Part shown: positions 41,050-48,057 of the stretch, piece after piece
Layout: each line of letters opens with the position of its first letter
Position numbering within the stretch: position 1 is the stretch's first letter
Program-made: the position numbers and the translations under genes
NCBI GenBank assembly: GCA_016839815.1
Contig: JAEOTM010000172.1
Coordinates: 1 to 48,057 of the forward strand
Direction: 5' to 3'
From: Candidatus Hodarchaeota archaeon
GTDB taxonomy: Archaea; Asgardarchaeota; Heimdallarchaeia; Hodarchaeales; Hodarchaeaceae
Length of the DNA stretch: 48,057 nt
Notes under the pieces: generated by a model
Database searches by the model: none
What the model saw: the letters and a program-made list of their open reading frames with translations, nothing else
Told to the model about the DNA's origin: nothing

Positions 41050-43128
41050 TTGTTTAGCCAAAAGGATAGAAAATTGAAACTAATTTGCGTATTTACGACA
41101 TCTATGTTTATATTTTCGCTTATCTCAACTTCCTATGCTATAAATGTAAAAGATACCTTAAATATCCAAATCGAAGAAGAGATACTGAATCTAGACACAC
41201 GGAGTCGGAAGGCAACCTCTCCTTTTGATGAAGTTGTTGCCTATCAGTATCAGGGATTTTTAAGCATGATTGCACCTGGAACAACAACTGTGTTAATGAA
41301 TGGAATTGCTCATTCTTGGAATATCAATGTTGCAGATAATGGGTGGACGTTTACTCTTCGAGAAGGTGCAAAATTTCATGATGGATCTGTAATTAAAGCT
41401 AAAACAGTTAAATACAGCATGATAGCGAATTATATGACATACTATGGATACGACAACATGTCCCAAGCAAGAATAAAATGGGAATCTCAAGGTTATAATA
41501 TCAGCTATCCTACGAACGATCCTAATGGTGATGGTCTTGTTGTTTCATTTTCAGGGAGTTACTCCCGAAGCTTGAAGCTTGCATATGAGATCTCCGGAGC
41601 TTCAGATCTCTATATGTTGATTCCATATGGTATTCAAGGCTCGTACACCGATTCTACAGAAGTCTGTCAACAAAAACTTACTGTATTCCGAGAATCTCCA
41701 GTTTCTTGTGGTCCTTACAAGGTTATAGAACAGGCACCTCAAGATTATGTACTTTTAGAACGATTTGATGATTGGTATGGGTGGGGAGATAATTTTATTG
41801 CCGATAATGGTCAACTATACACATTTCCAACAGTTGAGAAAGCATTTAAGTTTGTTAAATTTCGATCTTTACAGGATAAAGCGATGGCAATTATTGAACT
41901 AGTCACTTCTGGCGTTGATGTCACAACAGGACGATTTAATAGTCAGAGACAACTAGATGAAATCCTTACTGAAAGAGAGGGGTTTAGTGCTTATCAAATT
42001 GAAACTCTAGGCGGTTCTTCTATATATATGAATATCCAAGGAAATTGGCCAAGCTATTTTGGTGGGATGGGGAATTTTCCACTTTCCCAGAGTTGGTTTA
42101 GAAAGGCGGTTTCGCATAGTATTAACCGTACAACTCTTGTAGAAGTTGTTTACCTTGGAATCGGGAAATCACGAACTACTATCTTTCCTAGCTGGGTGCT
42201 AGATAAGTTCTCAAATCTTGACACTACCGATTATTACAATTTTGATCAAGGATATATTGAAGCAGAAGGTCTTTTGGATTCTGCAGGTTATCCTCCCTTG
42301 GGATTTCCAGAGGAACCTGAAAATCGCTTTGGATGGGGTCCTTACGCTAATGAAACGCTGATTAATGGAGTTATGCAAACTAAGGGTAAACACTTCGTTC
42401 TTATAACCAAAAACTGTGATCAATGTATGAAAAAAGTAGTAGCAGTTATGAAAGATCTTCGCCAGATTGGAATATATGTAGATGTTGAAATATATAACTT
42501 TGGGGATTATTTTGACGTAATTTCTTCAGGTAATCCAGGTTTTACCTATAATACTACAGGTCCACAACCTGATCCTGATTTTGAAGGACCAGTTTACGAC
42601 TTCTATCTCGGAGCTTTTAACGGGAACTATGAGACTCCATGGGACTTTATTGCTTATCAATCGTTTTTTTACTGGTTGTATTACGGATATGGGGGCAACA
42701 GTTGGTTCAATATTGACTATGAAGAAGCTTACGCAAAAGCTACTGATGGTAAAGGATTAATGGAATATTTCTCACCAGGATTCATCCCTTATAATCCACC
42801 ATTGTGGTCGAATGACGATACACAATTCATTCAAGGATGTGAAGATGCAGGTTACTACATGACACATGATATGAATAGCATTCATTTAGTCTGGTACAAA
42901 GATACATATGCATATAACTCAAGATTGGAAAATTTTCTTGGTTCAAGAAGTGGATTTTATCATGCAGCATATTCGTACTGGAATACGACTGGGTTAGACT
43001 TTGGTACAACAACGGAATTAAGCACCACTCCAACTATCACCTCTTTTGCAGAAATAACCTCCATAATTGGGATAATTTGTCTAGCTCTCTACTATAAACT
43101 TGAGAAACGAGTAAAAAAGAAGTTGTAA
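41050..43128 (+). CDS. ABC peptide/oligopeptide substrate-binding protein (family 5) with C-terminal membrane anchor
   Basis: 'WTFTLREGAKFHDG', 'GPYK', 'RKAVSHSINR', 'DLRQIGI'; Thr-rich linker, TM, basic tail; GAGGTG precedes TTG 41050. Confidence 0.88.
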   Translation: MFSQKDRKLKLICVFTTSMFIFSLISTSYAINVKDTLNIQIEEEILNLDTRSRKATSPFDEVVAYQYQGFLSMIAPGTTTVLMNGIAHSWNINVADNGWTFTLREGAKFHDGSVIKAKTVKYSMIANYMTYYGYDNMSQARIKWESQGYNISYPTNDPNGDGLVVSFSGSYSRSLKLAYEISGASDLYMLIPYGIQGSYTDSTEVCQQKLTVFRESPVSCGPYKVIEQAPQDYVLLERFDDWYGWGDNFIADNGQLYTFPTVEKAFKFVKFRSLQDKAMAIIELVTSGVDVTTGRFNSQRQLDEILTEREGFSAYQIETLGGSSIYMNIQGNWPSYFGGMGNFPLSQSWFRKAVSHSINRTTLVEVVYLGIGKSRTTIFPSWVLDKFSNLDTTDYYNFDQGYIEAEGLLDSAGYPPLGFPEEPENRFGWGPYANETLINGVMQTKGKHFVLITKNCDQCMKKVVAVMKDLRQIGIYVDVEIYNFGDYFDVISSGNPGFTYNTTGPQPDPDFEGPVYDFYLGAFNGNYETPWDFIAYQSFFYWLYYGYGGNSWFNIDYEEAYAKATDGKGLMEYFSPGFIPYNPPLWSNDDTQFIQGCEDAGYYMTHDMNSIHLVWYKDTYAYNSRLENFLGSRSGFYHAAYSYWNTTGLDFGTTTELSTTPTITSFAEITSIIGIICLALYYKLEKRVKKKL

Positions 43129-43134
43129 TCTAAT

Positions 43135-43530
43135 TTATGATTCAATATCGTTTTTCTGAGCATTAATCTCATGATTAGCAGGTTTGGACAACCGCTGTTT
43201 TAATAGTATAGAATTTGCATAAGCTTCTAGGCTTTTAAAGCGTCTATCCATGGGTTGAGATTCGTCTAGAAAAAATCTAAGACTCATTTGAGAAAATTTT
43301 CCTCCTATTCTCTCAATAATGGTATTCCTTACAGTTTTAGATACACGGATTTTTGGTTGTTCTTGAATAAATACAATAAGGTCAATCCAGTTGTCTACCG
43401 CTTTTGGGCTAATATTGGCCTTGGTTAATTGTGTTTTAGCGAAAGGTTCATCCATATCATTGATTATTTCAAAAATTGCCTGTGCACGTCCAAGCATCGA
43501 ACGTGAAGTTTTGGGTTTACGATTACTCAT
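43135..43530 (-). CDS. Small putative winged-helix DNA-binding protein
   Basis: 'IFEII...FAKTQL...ISPKAVDNWIDLIVFIQEQPKIRV'; ATG at 43530 lies directly beside a palindrome. Confidence 0.6.
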   Translation of the reverse strand: MSNRKPKTSRSMLGRAQAIFEIINDMDEPFAKTQLTKANISPKAVDNWIDLIVFIQEQPKIRVSKTVRNTIIERIGGKFSQMSLRFFLDESQPMDRRFKSLEAYANSILLKQRLSKPANHEINAQKNDIES

Positions 43531-43531
43531 C

Positions 43532-43547
43532 AGTACATTAATGTACT
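43532..43547. promoter_or_regulatory. Perfect 16-bp palindrome AGTACATTAATGTACT (putative operator)
   Basis: Exact inverted repeat in the divergent intergenic region; an extra AGTACAT half-site at 43602-43608. Confidence 0.6.
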
Positions 43548-43631
43548 TTATCTGCATATAAATGTATTCATTTTTATAGGATAAAGTTATTCATTCTAAA
43601 TAGTACATATAATAGTTTTCAAGGGTTAGTT

Positions 43632-45608
43632 ATGTCACAAATAGATCAAATGCTTCAGTACTTCATCATGTTAACCTCACAGGAATTAAAGAAGTCTTTT
43701 GACCATGAGGAAGCAGAAGACATTACAATTGCATTTTCTGAACGGTTTGGGGAACTTTTCGAACAATTAAAGGAAAGATTGGATTTCAACGAAACACAAC
43801 TCTTTCATGGAATTAATCCAATCTTTGTAATAGCATTAGAAGAAGCTCTCCCTGGAAAACAAGGGCAAAAAGACGTAACAATCGTTACCAGACTAGTCCT
43901 TACCATCTACAAAACCATGCTGGAGGAAATGGTTTTATATCCTCAAAGACGAAATTTAGAGACCTCAAAGAACCCATGGGCCACTTTTGTTGAAAATACT
44001 CGTAAAGGAAACACAAAAATCTATGATAATGAATATTTTCAAGTCAAAGAAATCATCTCCACCTCAGAAGAATTTGGCTTTGACCTCAACCGGTGTATTT
44101 ATCAAGAGATCTTCAATGAGTTCGGTAGAGATGATCTAGGCCCTGTTATGTGTGAATATGACTATATACTTGCTGATAATGTCTCAAAATGGGTAGGATT
44201 CAAACGAGAGGAAACAATCCCAACAGGTTCGAACAAGTGTACTTTTAGATTTTTTAATATCAAACCCAGATTCTCCGATAATCCTCTCATTGATAATTTT
44301 CACTTTTTTCTCAATATTATTGATGAGTCTCAAGAAATGTTAAGCAAACAAGAATTGGTAAACAAGGGACTTGACGTTTCTACTGACGTTGATGAAATGA
44401 TCAAACTCTATAGATTTGTAAAAAACCATTCAGGCATTGAAACACTAATGGTAAATAAAGAACTAGCAGTTGGCAATCTAGACAGTTATAAAAAACATGA
44501 AGAATGGATATTACTATTTAACCGTAAAGTTTCCAAAGATATAAGGTCTCAAATCATCAGACATTTACCCCTTAATCTCAGTGAAGAGAAAATCAAACGA
44601 TTAATTACTGACATTCTTGAAAATCCATATGAACTTGACTCTATTAAGTGGATATGCCTCAATTATCTACAACATCACTTTTCATCACGCATCGGATTTG
44701 AAGTTGAAGGGGTTGATCAATTACAGATGAATGTAGGATTATTAGAACAATTTCGTGAGCTTTATCCCGATTATTCATTCGAGGTAAAGGTTTTACAAAA
44801 TTTAAAAGTCTCTGTTCAGATTTTTGGAAAGGGTATACCTGAATATAAATTAAAAGAACCCATTGGGCAAATTCGGAAGAAAATTATAAATAATTACCCA
44901 GATGCAGGTATTTCTTCCATTCAACCAATAATTTCTTCTGATCCTGTAGCCCAGAAATTTTTTGAGGTTTTTAAGGATACTAGCCAATCTTTCCAGCTTC
45001 GTGAGCTTGCACTTAGAATTCTTATTAGTCGAGTAGGTAGTAAACTCATACCATTTTTGGTCTCAGTTGCAGAAAATGATGAAGATGATCAGTTTTTAAG
45101 AGGGAGAGCAATAGATTCTCTTTCATGGTTCACTAGTACATTACCGCAAATATATACTTCTTTTGAGGATTTTGTCCCACTTCCCAATCCTATTAAGCGA
45201 TCAATAATTGATTTTGTCTCACGACAAGGAATAGAACAAGAATTACTTCTTTTTATTTCTAAAGATGAATCGATTGACCCTATTATCCGAATCATTGCTT
45301 TGCGAAACTTACAGACTTATCAAAGTCCACAAGTCACTACATTTTTATTAGAATTTACGAAGGAAAGGTTAAATTCCGAACGTGTCAGACAAGCATCTCT
45401 AGAAGCTCTTTCACATCACGAAGTTGACGAAAAAGGAAAAAATTTGTTATACACCATATTTACTGACCCAAAAGAAACAACCTTCATACGTATGGAAGCT
45501 TTAGAAACTCTCAAAGCTCTAAACTTTCAACCAGAGACAGAAACCACGAAAATTGAAGATTCGGATTGGATTCTTTCGCTTGGGACAAAACAGCTAATGG
45601 AGGAATAA
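43632..45608 (+). CDS. ATC-hydrolase/V4R-like domain, wHTH-like domain and HEAT-like repeats
   Basis: 'FDLNRCIY...LGPVMCEYD...REETIPTGSNKCTFRF' three-Cys pattern; repeats such as 'LRGRAIDSL', 'IRIIALRNL', 'VRQASLEAL', 'IRMEALETL'. Confidence 0.75.
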   Translation: MSQIDQMLQYFIMLTSQELKKSFDHEEAEDITIAFSERFGELFEQLKERLDFNETQLFHGINPIFVIALEEALPGKQGQKDVTIVTRLVLTIYKTMLEEMVLYPQRRNLETSKNPWATFVENTRKGNTKIYDNEYFQVKEIISTSEEFGFDLNRCIYQEIFNEFGRDDLGPVMCEYDYILADNVSKWVGFKREETIPTGSNKCTFRFFNIKPRFSDNPLIDNFHFFLNIIDESQEMLSKQELVNKGLDVSTDVDEMIKLYRFVKNHSGIETLMVNKELAVGNLDSYKKHEEWILLFNRKVSKDIRSQIIRHLPLNLSEEKIKRLITDILENPYELDSIKWICLNYLQHHFSSRIGFEVEGVDQLQMNVGLLEQFRELYPDYSFEVKVLQNLKVSVQIFGKGIPEYKLKEPIGQIRKKIINNYPDAGISSIQPIISSDPVAQKFFEVFKDTSQSFQLRELALRILISRVGSKLIPFLVSVAENDEDDQFLRGRAIDSLSWFTSTLPQIYTSFEDFVPLPNPIKRSIIDFVSRQGIEQELLLFISKDESIDPIIRIIALRNLQTYQSPQVTTFLLEFTKERLNSERVRQASLEALSHHEVDEKGKNLLYTIFTDPKETTFIRMEALETLKALNFQPETETTKIEDSDWILSLGTKQLMEE

Positions 45609-45610
45609 AC

Positions 45611-48057
45611 ATGGATTTTAACGAAGCGTTACATACAATTGAATTATATCTCGAGGAGGAGAGTTCACTCCAAAAAATTACATCACTATCTGATCTTGAT
45701 CAGATAGAAGATCCAATATTTAGTCTTCTTCTTACCCAAAAAGGGAAGTTATCTCATCTACCAGAAAAAACTATCTTTAATAAAGGAATTTCGTTTTTAG
45801 ATGAGGATTGGATCGATTTTAAATCACTGGAGGATGAAAAGAAAAGGATTAAGAAATTGCTTAATGGGGAAAATCTGGAAAAAAGCAAAGATCACCGCTC
45901 CAAAACCCATATCATTAAATCATCTGCTGAACTTCTTAAAAACGTACGAGAAGGAAGATTAAATAAATCAGGTTATTGGGAGCTCTTCAAATGTTATAAG
46001 GAGATAGATCTCGAAGACGATATTCTCGTACTCAAAAAATCTCTTGAATCATCCACAATTGAAGAGATTCTTGTAATGAAAGGGCCAATGAATACTCAAT
46101 CTACTCAAATACCGGAATATATTGAATCAGTGGGGAGTTTTTCTGAAGTTACATATCAGACTATTCCATATACTAACCCTCCAAGACAGGAGCATCTTTT
46201 ATCATATCGTGAATTACAGCAAGTTGAAAAACTCAAATGGAATTTGGATCAGATTAGTAAGTATCTAGGGTCAATTTGGCATGAAAGAACCTCATCTACG
46301 ACAATTTCACGACTAAACTTGCTTTTTGAAAGTGTTGTATTATTAGCAGAGAAAAATTGGCAGTTTAATCAGTCTCTTCATGCTGATAAAAACCAAAAAG
46401 TCATGCTAGGAATACCTAGTAACTTTATCATCGGAATATGTGGAGGATACGCTAGAGGAGAGTTTTCAAGTCATTCAGATTTAGATATGCTTCTTATTCA
46501 TGAAGGAAATGATCAGCAATTCATTCAGGTAGGTGAAACCTTACATCGAATATTCCAATTCGTTCCAAATCTGGAATTATGTAAACTAGAGAACGTTATC
46601 AATCTAAATTTTCATGAAAATGCAATACCTAATATTTTAAAGGCTTTCTTGCAAGGAGAGGAACATTTCTTAGAAGAAAGACAAAGAGTCCAACTTCAAG
46701 AGATGTTAAGCTCAATCGAAGCACTTCGGAAAACTAAAGTCTCTCTAGAAGAACAAAAAGATGGGATTAGAAAGTATTGTTGGTCTGTTTACAAATCGAT
46801 CGTTAATATGGTTCCCATTTATGAAAAACCCATAGGTAAAGGTCAATTTTTACGTGATAAGATTACTGATTCCACCAAAAATGTTCTTCCAGACATTATT
46901 CCAATCCTCGTTCGTGTTACTGAATCACTTAGAAATGAGAATAACTCTCTTGGAGAGAATCTTAGAATTTGTCAACCTTTTCTTTATGATTCAATATTCA
47001 AGACACATTCAGTTATCACAGCATTACAAGATCTGAGTACCATTTTGGCTGTTCTTACAGGAACTACGTTTACTTTTTCAACCATTGACCGATTTCAAAC
47101 AGCTATAAACCGAAATCTCATATCTGAAGAACAGGGTGAGAAACTTATTCAAGGATATGCATGTTTTGCAGAAATGAAATATAATCTGACAAAAAGGATG
47201 CCAATAACAGCTGTCGAGTCACTTAATGATGAATTGAAGGATTTAATCCAAGAGATATATACTCATATTCTACAGAGTTTAGGCCCAAGTGAAAGGATTG
47301 AGAAACCAACCACTGTCGCTTATCCACTCCTAGTTTTTTCTGACCTACACTGGGGATTAAATAATAAAATGGTTAAAGAAGGACTAGCTGAAATCAAAAG
47401 GGTTTGTGAAACACATCAAGTACGGTCAATTGTTATTGCTGGAGATATATTCAATATCGATCGTGTAAGTGAGCTTCTAGAATCAGATAATGAAGGTATT
47501 GCACTTCTTAATGAGCTCTCTAATATCCAAGATACTCTTGGAGATCAACGAATTCATATTATGTCCGGTAATCACGATCCATATTCTTTCTATACCCAAT
47601 TTCGCTTCAAATTAAAACGAAATCTTGATATCCACTTTATTGGAGACAATTACAAAGATCACCATATTTGGATTGAACATGGTGATCAGGACTTTTGGGT
47701 TAATTATACTCCACCCCTTGAAGATTATGTTTCAACATACAGAGCAAAGAAGAATCTATCGTCACAGGCAATTATTGTAGGACACAATCACCGAATCCAT
47801 GAGGAAATTGAGTCAAGATTTTATGCAAACGGCTCAATTGGAAAATATTTTTCTGCTACATTAGTAACAGAGAATTCAGTTGAACTATTAAAGTTACCTA
47901 TACAACATCACATTGATTTAGAGAATATATATGAAAAATATCAAGAAATGACTAATTCAGAAAATTTATTAGATGAATATATTCAGTCTAACTTCAAGCT
48001 GATTGAATGGAATAACTTTTGTTCAGAAATTCAATTTAACAAATCGGAAAAAGAAAC
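45611..48057 (+). CDS. Partial ORF (>815 aa, runs off the window): GlnD/GlnE-type nucleotidyltransferase, helical substrate-binding domain, calcineurin-like metallophosphoesterase
   Basis: Manual translation from ATG 45611 finds no stop. 'GGYARGEFSSHSDLD' at 46442, 'STIDRF...LISEEQGEKLIQGY' near 47080, 'DLH' at 47342, 'AGD', 'GNHD' at 47567, 'EHGD', 'GHNH' at 47780. Confidence 0.85.
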   Translation, partial: MDFNEALHTIELYLEEESSLQKITSLSDLDQIEDPIFSLLLTQKGKLSHLPEKTIFNKGISFLDEDWIDFKSLEDEKKRIKKLLNGENLEKSKDHRSKTHIIKSSAELLKNVREGRLNKSGYWELFKCYKEIDLEDDILVLKKSLESSTIEEILVMKGPMNTQSTQIPEYIESVGSFSEVTYQTIPYTNPPRQEHLLSYRELQQVEKLKWNLDQISKYLGSIWHERTSSTTISRLNLLFESVVLLAEKNWQFNQSLHADKNQKVMLGIPSNFIIGICGGYARGEFSSHSDLDMLLIHEGNDQQFIQVGETLHRIFQFVPNLELCKLENVINLNFHENAIPNILKAFLQGEEHFLEERQRVQLQEMLSSIEALRKTKVSLEEQKDGIRKYCWSVYKSIVNMVPIYEKPIGKGQFLRDKITDSTKNVLPDIIPILVRVTESLRNENNSLGENLRICQPFLYDSIFKTHSVITALQDLSTILAVLTGTTFTFSTIDRFQTAINRNLISEEQGEKLIQGYACFAEMKYNLTKRMPITAVESLNDELKDLIQEIYTHILQSLGPSERIEKPTTVAYPLLVFSDLHWGLNNKMVKEGLAEIKRVCETHQVRSIVIAGDIFNIDRVSELLESDNEGIALLNELSNIQDTLGDQRIHIMSGNHDPYSFYTQFRFKLKRNLDIHFIGDNYKDHHIWIEHGDQDFWVNYTPPLEDYVSTYRAKKNLSSQAIIVGHNHRIHEEIESRFYANGSIGKYFSATLVTENSVELLKLPIQHHIDLENIYEKYQEMTNSENLLDEYIQSNFKLIEWNNFCSEIQFNKSEKE

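Noticed and set aside
300-47036. Many 60-160 aa ORFs overlapping longer genes (e.g. 745-1137, 8897-9367, 11285-11632, 35480-35812, 46854-47036)
   Set aside because: Antisense or off-frame shadows of well-supported genes, with no motifs of their own
45611-48057. Canonical glnD, or a CBASS cyclase / MNT-HEPN toxin-antitoxin
   Set aside because: No HD or ACT domain in the visible part; the motif is GlnD/GlnE-type rather than CD-NTase-type; no cap genes or RX4-6H HEPN toxin recognised

Overview
AT-rich, gene-dense chromosomal segment, most likely from an Asgard archaeon (Heimdallarchaeia/Hodarchaeales-like). This assignment is inferred from two longin-like domains, a TPR-longin protein, PGF-CTERM-type surface proteins, a short orphan chemoreceptor and an M32 carboxypeptidase. 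I see no rRNA, tRNA, CRISPR array or mobile element. The window holds an iron-uptake-type ABC/DUF2318 cluster, catabolic and housekeeping enzymes (GH20, PanE, PPase, M32, a PLP fold-III enzyme, an orphan OppA) and four large surface proteins. Two candidate undescribed systems stand out. (1) 23180-37182: an intact MinD/ParA ATPase, a catalytically degenerate MinD fused to a longin-like domain, an ~11-12 TM protein, and two giant single-pass surface proteins sharing a ~460-aa C-terminal module with a GPS/GAIN-like H-T-T motif just before the membrane and a conserved cytoplasmic tail. (2) 43135-48057: an ORF missing from the ORF track (45611 to the window end) fuses a GlnD/GlnE-type nucleotidyltransferase to a calcineurin-like phosphoesterase. 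It is coupled to a V4R-like/wHTH-like/HEAT protein and to a divergent small paralog of that protein's middle domain, which sits next to a perfect 16-bp palindrome. Domain calls come from motif recognition by eye, not database searches.
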